From: an uncultured Faecalibacterium sp.
GTDB taxonomy: Bacteria; Bacillota; Clostridia; Oscillospirales; Ruminococcaceae
Length of the DNA stretch: 64,000 bases
Assembly (NCBI GenBank): GCA_946411155.1
Contig: CAMKDB010000001.1
Location: 32,363 to 96,362, forward strand
Direction of reading: 5' to 3'
Shown: one piece after another, positions 31,725 through 39,422 of the stretch
Numbering within the stretch: the first letter of the stretch is position 1
Layout of the letters: each line of letters starts with the position of its first letter
Program-made: the position numbers and the translations under genes
The notes under the pieces: generated by a model
Database searches by the model: none
What the model was told of the DNA's origin: nothing
The model's input: only the letters and a program-made list of their open reading frames with translations

Positions 31725-32813
31725 TCAAACCTCCGAAAGTATTCCTTTTTCCATTCGGAATACTTTTGCTGCTGTCTGCCGTTCAATGAAATTCGGTTCG
31801 CAGCAGGTGATGATTGCCTGTGACTGTCCGAGTCTCTTCAGAAGAAATTCCTGACGGTTGCCGTCCAGTTCCGAAAGCACATCATCCAAAAGCAGAACCG
31901 GTTCTTCGCCCAGTTTTTCCCGGAACAATTCCGCTTCCGCCAATTTCAGGGCAAGAACAGCGGTCCTCTGCTGACCCTGTGAAGCATAAATTCTTGCTGG
32001 ATCCGTATCGAGACAGATGATCATATCGTCTCTGTGCGGACCGAGAGTGGAAAAACCCGCGCGAATATCATCCGCTCTTGCCCCAAGAATTTTTTCGTAG
32101 GCATCATCTGCACTGATTAGATTGATGAAAAGTGTAGACTCATAAGCAAGGGAAAGAACTTCTCTGTTTCCCGATACCGCTCCGTATACTTCTCTTGCTA
32201 CGATATCCAGCTGTCCGATAAATGCTTTTCTTGCCCGGGCTATTCCAACGGAAGATTCAGCCAACTGCCGATCATAAATATCCAGAATGTCATATGCTGC
32301 GGCAATGTTGCGGGCGTCTTTAAGCAGTGTATTTTTCTGTTGAATCAGACGTGTATAGGTACGGAGATCATTCAGATATCTTGGAGAGAGCTGACAGAGG
32401 GCGGTATCCAGAAATCTGCGGCGCTCGGAGGGAGCGCCTTTGACCAATTCCAAATGATCCGGTGAAAAAACAACGCAACAGAAAGTACCGGCGAAATCGG
32501 ATGCCTTCTGTTCCGAGCCGCGGTTCAGCGAAGCGCGGCGCCCCTTATCACTGATAGTGAAATGAAAAGACTGCTCCCGCTGTTCAGCAAAAAAGCGGGC
32601 ATCGATTACCGAATAATCCTTCTGCTTTTCTATCAGTTCCCTGTCCTTGACTTTCCGAAAACTTTTTGCACCGCTGAGGAGAAAAATACTTTCCAGAAGA
32701 TTTGTCTTTCCCTGACCGTTTTCTCCGCAAATGACAGTCACAGTTTCCGAAGGTTCAAAAACTGCGGAATCAATATTTCGGTAATTCGTGATTTTTTCCG
32801 ATATGAGTCTCAC
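31725..32813 (-). CDS. recF: DNA replication and repair protein RecF
   Basis: Walker A VICGENGQGKTNLLE, Walker B LLLDDVLSELD, and synteny. Confidence 0.95.
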   Translation of the reverse strand: MRLISEKITNYRNIDSAVFEPSETVTVICGENGQGKTNLLESIFLLSGAKSFRKVKDRELIEKQKDYSVIDARFFAEQREQSFHFTISDKGRRASLNRGSEQKASDFAGTFCCVVFSPDHLELVKGAPSERRRFLDTALCQLSPRYLNDLRTYTRLIQQKNTLLKDARNIAAAYDILDIYDRQLAESSVGIARARKAFIGQLDIVAREVYGAVSGNREVLSLAYESTLFINLISADDAYEKILGARADDIRAGFSTLGPHRDDMIICLDTDPARIYASQGQQRTAVLALKLAEAELFREKLGEEPVLLLDDVLSELDGNRQEFLLKRLGQSQAIITCCEPNFIERQTAAKVFRMEKGILSEV

Positions 32814-33028
32814 GACCGAACCACCTGGTATTGTTCATCAAATACAGTGACAGTCTCGCCGCCGTATAATTTTTTACCTCTTGCAGTACATACCTCGCCG
32901 TTTACCCGCACAATCCCGTCACGGATCCATTCTCCGGCTTCGCCGCCTGTCGCGGCCGCACCGCAGAATTTCAGAAACTGACTGAGTGTGATATATTCGG
33001 TGTGTATCAGAATTCTATTATTATTCAT
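32810..33028 (-). CDS. yaaA: S4-domain RNA-binding protein (YaaA-like)
   Basis: 72 aa with ITLSQFLKFCGAAATGGEAGEWIRDGIVRVNGEV, and the conserved position between dnaN and recF. Confidence 0.85.
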   Translation of the reverse strand: MNNNRILIHTEYITLSQFLKFCGAAATGGEAGEWIRDGIVRVNGEVCTARGKKLYGGETVTVFDEQYQVVRS

Positions 33029-34130
33029 AGGAACGGAGCATTACGGGAAGGATGAGATAAAGAAAATCGTTTCCTTCCACCGGTACGATTGTCATAGGAC
33101 GGGTCGGTTCATTCATCATCAGTTTGACTTCGGCAACACCGCCGTTTCTCAACGCGTCAAGTACGTAACGGTAATTGAAACCGATTTCAAGGGGGTCACC
33201 TTCACAGGTGCAGGGAATCTCGTCATGAACAGAGCCCAGTGCCGTCGTGCAGCTGACTTTCAACTCTTCCGAACCGATCTGAAGACGGATTGGGCTCTTG
33301 AAACGGTCGCTGATCAGCAAAGAAGTTCTGTCAACCGCGTCCATCAGATCGCCTGCTTTAACAGTAACGACGGTCTTGTAACTCTGAGGCACGCTCGCCT
33401 TATAATCGATGAAATCTCCTTCCAGCAAACGTGTGACGACGGTATATCCGACAAGATGGAAAATCGCATACCTTCTGGCAGTACTGATCCGGACATTTTC
33501 TTCCTTGTCTCCGATCAGTTTTGAAAGTTCCTGAAGCGTCTTGGCAGGAACGATGAAAGATGCGTCCACATCACTTCCGATACCTTCTTTTCTGGCAACC
33601 GCCAGGCGGTGTCCGTCAACGGAAACCACAGTAATCGTTCCGTCTTTCAGGATAAATTTGCTTCCTGTATGTACCGGACGCTGGTCATTCGTGGATACCG
33701 CATAGATTGTCTTGTCAATCAGATCCTTCACATCCTGTCCGGGGATGGAAAGGGAAGAATCCGTCGCAGGCATAGGCAGTTCCGGAAAATCAGAGGGAGA
33801 GATTCCGATAAAGGAATACTTTGTGATTCCGCTCTGAATCCGAACGCGAAGAGAATCATCACTTTCGATAGTGACATTCTCACCGTCGCTCTTTCTCAGA
33901 ATATCCATCAGCAGGCGCGCGTTGATGATGATACTTCCTGTATCAATCACATCCGCTGCAGCATAGGTGATGATGCCGATTTCAAGATCATAGGCTGTGA
34001 GTTTCAGTTTTGTGTCATCGCATTCAAAAAGGATGCCCTCAATGGAGGGAATGGAGGATTTCGAACTGACAGCTCTGCTCACTCCGGTGATGGATGCCAA
34101 AAGATCCTGCCTGTTGCAAGTTATTTTCAT
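33021..34130 (-). CDS. dnaN: DNA polymerase III subunit beta (sliding clamp)
   Basis: 369 aa with MKITCNRQDLL at the N-terminus and a three-domain clamp pattern. Lies immediately downstream of dnaA. Confidence 0.95.
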   Translation of the reverse strand: MKITCNRQDLLASITGVSRAVSSKSSIPSIEGILFECDDTKLKLTAYDLEIGIITYAAADVIDTGSIIINARLLMDILRKSDGENVTIESDDSLRVRIQSGITKYSFIGISPSDFPELPMPATDSSLSIPGQDVKDLIDKTIYAVSTNDQRPVHTGSKFILKDGTITVVSVDGHRLAVARKEGIGSDVDASFIVPAKTLQELSKLIGDKEENVRISTARRYAIFHLVGYTVVTRLLEGDFIDYKASVPQSYKTVVTVKAGDLMDAVDRTSLLISDRFKSPIRLQIGSEELKVSCTTALGSVHDEIPCTCEGDPLEIGFNYRYVLDALRNGGVAEVKLMMNEPTRPMTIVPVEGNDFLYLILPVMLRSYE

Positions 34131-34143
34131 TTTGGTTTCTCCT

Positions 34144-34165
34144 AATATATTTTTATAAATTTATT
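34144..34165. other. 22-nt stretch composed only of A/T (candidate DNA-unwinding element of oriC, or dnaN promoter/leader)
   Basis: AATATATTTTTATAAATTTATT read directly from the sequence. It lies 14 nt upstream of the dnaN start in the dnaA-dnaN spacer. Confidence 0.35.
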
Positions 34166-34277
34166 GAGTAGATTCAGTAGAGAGCGTCAAAGTGTTTAAA
34201 ACTGCGTTTTGTGATGATATACCAATGAAATATACGATGAAAATCTTTAACACGGAGACGTTCAAATGATGCGTAAA

Positions 34278-34334
34278 TGTTGAAACAGAAATATCAGATG
34301 TTGAAGGTGTTGAAAACAGGATGTTGATTGTTGA
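34278..34334. repeat. five same-orientation copies of a TGTTGA core (9-mers TGTTGAAAC, TGTTGAAGG, TGTTGAAAA, TGTTGATTG, TGTTGAAAA); degenerate DnaA-box-like
   Basis: The cores start at 34278, 34299, 34308, 34322 and 34329. The best copies differ at 2 of 9 positions from TGTGGATAA, the complement of TTATCCACA. Confidence 0.5.
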
Positions 34335-34342
34335 AAAAATGT

Positions 34343-35653
34343 TTATTGCTGACAGTTTTTGATGATATCTTCCACAATCGCTTTCAGACGGGAATCTTCT
34401 TTCATCTGTTTCTCAACTTTGCGGATGCCATACACGACAGTGGCGTGATTTCTTCCGCCGAATTCGCTTCCAATTTTTTCCATCGTATTTCCTGTAATCT
34501 CGCGGATCACATACATGGCAGTCTGACGGGCATTGGATATTTCTGCATTCTGCTTATTTGAACGGATATCTTCCGCGGTGACACCGAAAGTTCTGGCGCA
34601 TTCTTCGATGATGTTGTCGACCGTTGCCGGCCAGGGCATCTGTTCATTGATGATATCGCTGATTGCTTCCTGTGCCTGAGACAATGTCGGTTCCGTACCG
34701 TTCATCAGATAATATGCATACAGTTTTTTCAAAGATCCTTCCAGCTGGCGGATATCGTTCTTCAGCTGTTTGGCAATATATTCCGCCACATCAGCAGGCA
34801 GGGTAAAGTTCATTTCTTCCGCTTTCTGATAAAGGATGGAAATCCTCGTTTCAATATCCGGCGGTTTGACATCAGCAATGAGACCCCACTCAAAACGGGT
34901 ACGCAGACGGTCTTCCAGACTTTTGATTTCTTTTGGAGGACGGTCCGAAGTCAATACGATCTGTTTATGGGCATCATGAAGCGCATTGAAAGTGTGGAAG
35001 AATTCTTCCTGTGTGGATTCCTTTCCGCCGATAAACTGGACATCGTCCACCAGCAGGACATCCACATTGCGGTATTTATCATGGAAAGGTTCTGTGGAAC
35101 CGCTTTTGATTGCAGCAATCAGTTCATTGGTAAAACTGTCTCCGCCGATGTACAATACCTTCAGTTCCGGTCTTGTACTTGCAAGCTGATTTTTGATTGC
35201 ATACAGAAGGTGTGTTTTTCCGAGTCCGGATGCGCCGTAGATGAACAGCGGGTTGTAGGTATTAGAAGGATTTGCTGCTACAGCGACAGCAGCCGCATGA
35301 GCAAAGCGGTTGTCCGATCCGATGATGAAATTATCGAACGTATAGGATTCCTCACCGCGAGAGACCATGGGACCCGGTGTGACGGGAACAGGATCCGGTT
35401 TCATCGCATCCCTGGAAAGGATGGTAAGTTCAAGAGGATATCCGATCACCGCTTCAAAACCCTCTTTCAGAAGGGGAAGGTAACGTGTTTCAAGTGTCGT
35501 GCGGATAAAATCAGAGGAAGTGCTGAGAACAGCACTGTCACCGGAAAAAGATTCTGCCTCAATACCCTTGAACCAGAGATTGTAGGCGGCTTCTGTGACT
35601 TGTTCCCTGCAGTATTCCTTTACGGCATCAACACACTGGGAAAAGGATTCCAT
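34343..35653 (-). CDS. dnaA: chromosomal replication initiator protein DnaA
   Basis: Walker A IYGASGLGKTHLL, LLVDDVQFIGGKESTQEEFFHTFN, and the C-terminal DNA-binding GGRNHATVVYGIRKVE. Confidence 0.97.
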   Translation of the reverse strand: MESFSQCVDAVKEYCREQVTEAAYNLWFKGIEAESFSGDSAVLSTSSDFIRTTLETRYLPLLKEGFEAVIGYPLELTILSRDAMKPDPVPVTPGPMVSRGEESYTFDNFIIGSDNRFAHAAAVAVAANPSNTYNPLFIYGASGLGKTHLLYAIKNQLASTRPELKVLYIGGDSFTNELIAAIKSGSTEPFHDKYRNVDVLLVDDVQFIGGKESTQEEFFHTFNALHDAHKQIVLTSDRPPKEIKSLEDRLRTRFEWGLIADVKPPDIETRISILYQKAEEMNFTLPADVAEYIAKQLKNDIRQLEGSLKKLYAYYLMNGTEPTLSQAQEAISDIINEQMPWPATVDNIIEECARTFGVTAEDIRSNKQNAEISNARQTAMYVIREITGNTMEKIGSEFGGRNHATVVYGIRKVEKQMKEDSRLKAIVEDIIKNCQQ

Positions 35654-35667
35654 GTATCATTCCTCAT

Positions 35668-35740
35668 TCAAAAAAGTATAGAATAATATAATATAATACT
35701 AATAATATAAACCAATTAATTTTACCAAATTTTGAGTATG
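35668..35740. other. strongly AT-rich tract immediately upstream of dnaA (dnaA leader and/or second oriC module)
   Basis: AAAAAAGTATAGAATAATATAATATAATACTAATAATATAAACCAATTAATTTTACC... read directly from the sequence. Confidence 0.35.
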
Positions 35741-35747
35741 TTTTCAA
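35719..35747 (-). promoter_or_regulatory. candidate dnaA promoter TTGAAA-N17-TAAAAT; the -35 lies inside a GGTTGAAAA DnaA-box-like 9-mer
   Basis: Minus-strand reading: -35 at 35747-35742 and -10 at 35724-35719. Confidence 0.35.
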
Positions 35748-35836
35748 CCTGAACAGCAGCAAAAACAATGGTCCAAAAATGCTGATTCTGCAAGGAAAAA
35801 TCATAAAAAACATAAAGAAAAGGCAAGTAGTTTTCC

Positions 35837-35866
35837 TTGACAAGAAAAATAGCCTTAGTATATACT
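35837..35866 (+). promoter_or_regulatory. candidate rpmH promoter TTGACA-N18-TATACT
   Basis: TTGACA at 35837-35842 and TATACT at 35861-35866, about 35 nt upstream of the rpmH ATG. The RBS is AAAGGAG. Confidence 0.5.
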
Positions 35867-35900
35867 TGTAATCCGCAAGGTTTTACAAAGGAGAATTTCA

Positions 35901-36035
35901 ATGCAGCCTACATTTCACCCGAAAAAGCGCACCCAGAAGAGAGAGCATGGTTTTCTCAAACGCATGTCCTCCAAGAGCGGACGCAAGATCCTGGCGCGTC
36001 GTCGTGCACGCGGCAGGGCTCGTTTAAGCGCGTAA
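35901..36035 (+). CDS. rpmH: 50S ribosomal protein L34
   Basis: Hand translation gives [44 protein letters not shown] (44 aa). It is absent from the ORF track because it is under 60 aa. It holds the classical position upstream of rnpA and divergent from dnaA. Confidence 0.9.
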   Translation: MQPTFHPKKRTQKREHGFLKRMSSKSGRKILARRRARGRARLSA

Positions 36036-36092
36036 AATGAGAAGCCAACCCTTCGCGGCTGGCTTTATTAATAGTTACTGGAATGTTTTCCT

Positions 36093-36428
36093 ATGAAATT
36101 GAAAACATTAACGCAGAATTATCAGTTTTTGCGCGCTTACAAAAGTAAAAAAGCCTATGTATCTCCCATGCTGGTCACTTATGTGGTACCGAAAAAGCAT
36201 GGAGGGATTTGTTTGGGTATAACGACAAATAAAAAACTCGGTTGTGCTGTGGAACGAAACCGCGCAAGACGAATTGTCCGAGCGGCAGCGACGGATTTGC
36301 TCAGGGATAATGAGTGTTCCGCGAATATCGTCGTGGTCTGCAGACATCCGATTCTGAAGAAAAAGAGCACGGATGTCAGAGAGGTGCTCGAAAAACATTT
36401 CACCCAGGCCGGTATCCTGTCCACATGA
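36093..36428 (+). CDS. rnpA: ribonuclease P protein component
   Basis: 111 aa and basic, with the RNRARRIVR motif. Synteny rpmH-rnpA-yidD-yidC. Confidence 0.9.
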   Translation: MKLKTLTQNYQFLRAYKSKKAYVSPMLVTYVVPKKHGGICLGITTNKKLGCAVERNRARRIVRAAATDLLRDNECSANIVVVCRHPILKKKSTDVREVLEKHFTQAGILST

Positions 36429-36685
36429 TCAGCAGAATCGTCAGCAAGCTCCTGATCGGTCTTGTCAGACTGTATCAGATCACACTCTCTCCACTGCTTG
36501 GAAAAAACTGCAGATACATCCCGACTTGCAGCCAATATATGATCGGTGCTATTCAGATCCACGGACCCGTGCGTGGGACATGGCTTGGCATCCGCCGGAT
36601 TCTTCGCTGCAATCCACTCGGCGGATGGGGATTCGACCCGGTCCCTCAGAAAAAAACTAACTTACTCGGAGATAATAAAAAATGA
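36425..36685 (+). CDS. yidD: membrane protein insertion efficiency factor YidD
   Basis: LYQITLSPLLGKNCRYIPTCSQYMIGAIQIHG. ATGA overlap with the rnpA stop. The longer track ORF starts inside rnpA. Confidence 0.9.
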   Translation: MISRIVSKLLIGLVRLYQITLSPLLGKNCRYIPTCSQYMIGAIQIHGPVRGTWLGIRRILRCNPLGGWGFDPVPQKKTNLLGDNKK

Positions 36686-37740
36686 ATTTTTTGAACCAAC
36701 TTCTGGCCATCCCGCTCGGATATATTATGAAGTTCTGCTACTGGCTTGCAGAAGATATCCTTCATTTCCCGCTGGCCTACCTTTTCGCCCTGCTGCTCTT
36801 TACTCTGATCACGAAGATTCTGATGTTCCCTCTGAGCATCAACCAGCATAAGAGTACTGCACAGATGGCTGCGTTCAACCCACTGGTCCAGGATATCCAG
36901 ACCCGCTACAGGAACGACCGAGACAAACAGAACGAGGAACTTACGAAACTGACCACCGAGTACGGCTACAATCCGACTGCCGGATGTCTGCCCATGGTCA
37001 TCAACCTTCTGATCATGTTCGGTCTTGTTGAGGTCATTTACAGACCTCTGACCTATATGCTGACGCTTCCCAAGGATTTCATCGCCTCTCTGGCTGAGCG
37101 CACGATTTCCCTTGCCGAAACAGCAGGCACCACCATCGCAAGTAACAATCGTATGATTGAGACTTATATTATTCAGTACGTAAAGTCCAATGCCGGCGCG
37201 TTTTCAGACATTGCTACCGCATATGCGAACGAGTTCAAGACTATCCAGGATCTGAAAATGAACATCGGTAGCATCAATCTGTATGAAAAACCGGAACTGA
37301 AGTTCGGTATCGCTCTGCTGATCCCGCTGTTTTCCATCGCCACGCAGCTCATTGCTACTACTGTCTCCATGAAGAGCTCCGGCACCCAGTCGGGAGAAGC
37401 GGCAAGACAGACGAGAACCATGCTCTGGACGACAAGCCTGATGTTTGCAGGTTTTTCCTTCATGTATCCCCTCGGCTTCAGCCTTTATTGGGGATTTCAG
37501 AACCTGCTCTCCATGCTCCAGAGCCTTCTGCTGAAGAAGATGTATGATCCGGAAAAGATGAAACAGGATATTTTGGATCAGATCAAACAGAAGAAAAAAC
37601 AGAAGAACGCAAAACGCACTGTGGCTTATACGGACAAAACGACCGGAAAAACCGTCGAGAAAGAGATGACTGCGAACGAAGCGGACCGCATACGTCTGCA
37701 GCGTGCCAGAGAGATCGATGCCGAACGGTACGGTGAGTAG
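36682..37740 (+). CDS. yidC: YidC/Oxa1-family membrane protein insertase with a basic C-terminal tail
   Basis: Conserved polytopic core with LMFPLSINQHKSTAQMAAFNP and YPLGFSLYWGFQNL. ATGA overlap with yidD. Confidence 0.9.
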   Translation: MNFLNQLLAIPLGYIMKFCYWLAEDILHFPLAYLFALLLFTLITKILMFPLSINQHKSTAQMAAFNPLVQDIQTRYRNDRDKQNEELTKLTTEYGYNPTAGCLPMVINLLIMFGLVEVIYRPLTYMLTLPKDFIASLAERTISLAETAGTTIASNNRMIETYIIQYVKSNAGAFSDIATAYANEFKTIQDLKMNIGSINLYEKPELKFGIALLIPLFSIATQLIATTVSMKSSGTQSGEAARQTRTMLWTTSLMFAGFSFMYPLGFSLYWGFQNLLSMLQSLLLKKMYDPEKMKQDILDQIKQKKKQKNAKRTVAYTDKTTGKTVEKEMTANEADRIRLQRAREIDAERYGE

Positions 37741-37757
37741 AAAGGAAAAAGCACAGT

Positions 37758-38981
37758 ATGGCAGAAATCATCACGACAGGAAAGACTGTCGATGAGGCTG
37801 TCGAAGAGGGATGCAAACAGTTGGGCGTATCCCGGGACGAAATCAGCATCGAAGTGCTGGAAATGCCTCAGAAGATTCTGTTCTTTTCCAAACCTGCCAA
37901 GGTGAAAATCACCCAGAAGAGAGACGAGTTCTCTGTACATGATCTTCTTTACGGAGATGATCACAAGCCTGAGAAGAAAAAGGCAGAAAAAAAGGAACAA
38001 AAAGAGCAAAAAGAACAGAACAACAGTAAAAAACAGAATCAGAAACAGAAAAACAAAGACAAAGAAGAAAAACAGAATCAGCCGAAAGAAGAAAAAAAGA
38101 AGACAGAAAAGGCTGAAGTCAAAACAGAGAATGCTCCGAAAGAGCAGAAAAAAGACCAGAAAAAGGATCAGAAGAAAGAGCAGAAATCCGGCAAGAAAGA
38201 ACAGAAGAACACTGTCAAGGAAGCAAAAAAACAGCAGAAGCCCGAAGAAAAGAAACTGGCGGCCGTGACTGTGCTTGATGAGCCGGAAGACAACGATGAA
38301 GATCTCTCCGCAGAAGTCATTCTGGAAACAATCCAGGAAAATGAACTGCCGGGAAGAGCGGTGAAGGCGCTCTCGTTCCTGAAAGAGATCGTTTCCGCAT
38401 ACGGTGCAAAGGAAGTAGAATATTCCTTTGCCAAGACCGAACGCGGTGTCTGCATTCAAATCGGCGGAGAAGATGCGCCGATGCTCATCGGCAAACGCGG
38501 AGAACTGATGGATGCCATTCAGTACCTGTGCACTGTCGGTTCTTCCAGAGACAGCGGCGATTACTGCCGTGTAAGTCTGGATATCGAAGGATACAGGGCA
38601 CGCAGGGAAAAAGCTCTTCGAGGAGTTGCGGCGAAGACCGCCTCCAAGGTCCTGCGTATCCACCGCAGCCAGGCTCTTGAGCCGATGAATCCCTATGAGC
38701 GTGCAATTGTGCACTCCGAAGTTCAGAAAATCAAAGGCGTCAGTTCTCACTCCGTGGGAAGCGAACCCAGACGCAAAGTCGTGATCACCCTGGAAGGTGA
38801 GGGCGGCGAGGAAAGAAAGCGCAGCCGTAGAGGGCGTTCGGGAAAAGTCAGCGGTGAACGCAGATCCTCCGAACACACACCTTCCGTTCCGAAAGTCAGG
38901 ATGAGCGATATTCCTGTCAAAAAAGAACTGAAGTCCACGGAAGAATTCATCGGAAGTCTTTACGGAAAAATTGAATTGTAA
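37758..38981 (+). CDS. jag: Jag/KhpB-type RNA-binding protein (Jag_N, KH, R3H) with an expanded K/E/Q-rich linker
   Basis: Jag_N TGKTVDEAVEEGCKQLGVSRDEISIEVLE, the KH region DIEGYRARREKAL and R3H LEPMNPYERAIVHSEVQ. Residues 70-166 are low-complexity. Confidence 0.85.
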   Translation: MAEIITTGKTVDEAVEEGCKQLGVSRDEISIEVLEMPQKILFFSKPAKVKITQKRDEFSVHDLLYGDDHKPEKKKAEKKEQKEQKEQNNSKKQNQKQKNKDKEEKQNQPKEEKKKTEKAEVKTENAPKEQKKDQKKDQKKEQKSGKKEQKNTVKEAKKQQKPEEKKLAAVTVLDEPEDNDEDLSAEVILETIQENELPGRAVKALSFLKEIVSAYGAKEVEYSFAKTERGVCIQIGGEDAPMLIGKRGELMDAIQYLCTVGSSRDSGDYCRVSLDIEGYRARREKALRGVAAKTASKVLRIHRSQALEPMNPYERAIVHSEVQKIKGVSSHSVGSEPRRKVVITLEGEGGEERKRSRRGRSGKVSGERRSSEHTPSVPKVRMSDIPVKKELKSTEEFIGSLYGKIEL

Positions 38982-38991
38982 TTGAACACCG

Positions 38992-39051
38992 GGGTCAAAG
39001 GTCGGTGTTCCCAGCATGGTTTGGGAACAGGGGATACTTTGACCCTTTTTT
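38992..39051 (+). terminator. long compound hairpin plus T-run after jag (terminator or attenuator)
   Basis: GGGTCAAAG (38992-39000) pairs with CTTTGACCC (39037-39045) and is followed by TTTTTT. An inner hairpin is GTTCCCA/TGGGAAC. A competing helix is GAACACCG (38983-38990) with CGGTGTTC (39003-39010). Confidence 0.5.
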
Positions 39052-39062
39052 CGAGGAATAAA

Positions 39063-39422
39063 ATGACTGCAAAGGAACGCGAATTCTGGACATTTCTGGA
39101 TATGCTCGTTGAACAGCACCCTGTCGTGATCGACAGACCAAAGGGCAGTTTTCACCCGGAACATCCGCAGATCCTGTATGAGTTGGATTACGGATATCTG
39201 GAAGGGACAAAAACAGCGGACGGAGAGGAAATCGACGTATGGCTGGGAAGCAGCGGGGAACGGGAAGTTGTTGCAGTAATTGCCACAGTCGATCTCGTGA
39301 AGCATGATGCGGAACTGAAACTGATCCTCGGCGCTGACGAGAAGGAACTGGAAATCATCGACGCATTCTACGGAAAATGGGGAATGCAGAGAGGCATTGT
39401 GATCAGAAGGGAGAAACAATGA
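39063..39422 (+). CDS. small inorganic-pyrophosphatase-like protein (119 aa)
   Basis: IDRPKGSFHPEHPQILYELDYGYLEGTKTADGEEIDVWLG resembles the family I PPase core (P-x-GS ... YGF/Y ... DG-x-x-DV). Its stop overlaps the mnmE start. Confidence 0.55.
   Translation: MTAKEREFWTFLDMLVEQHPVVIDRPKGSFHPEHPQILYELDYGYLEGTKTADGEEIDVWLGSSGEREVVAVIATVDLVKHDAELKLILGADEKELEIIDAFYGKWGMQRGIVIRREKQ

Noticed and set aside
34131-35900. Canonical DnaA boxes (TTATCCACA/TGTGGATAA)
   Set aside because: I found none by eye in either spacer. The nearest matches are inside dnaA coding sequence (for example TCTTCCACA at 34367-34375) or carry two or more mismatches. I report only the degenerate TGTTGA array, flagged as unverified.
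35837-36040. 67-aa plus-strand ORF from the track
   Set aside because: It is in the wrong frame over rpmH. The +1-shifted frame starting at 35901 gives a textbook L34 sequence with an RBS and a promoter.
37965-38255. Repetitive AAG/CAG/GAA-rich DNA that could be mistaken for a repeat array or CRISPR
   Set aside because: There is no repeat-spacer periodicity. It lies in frame inside jag and encodes a K/E/Q-rich linker.
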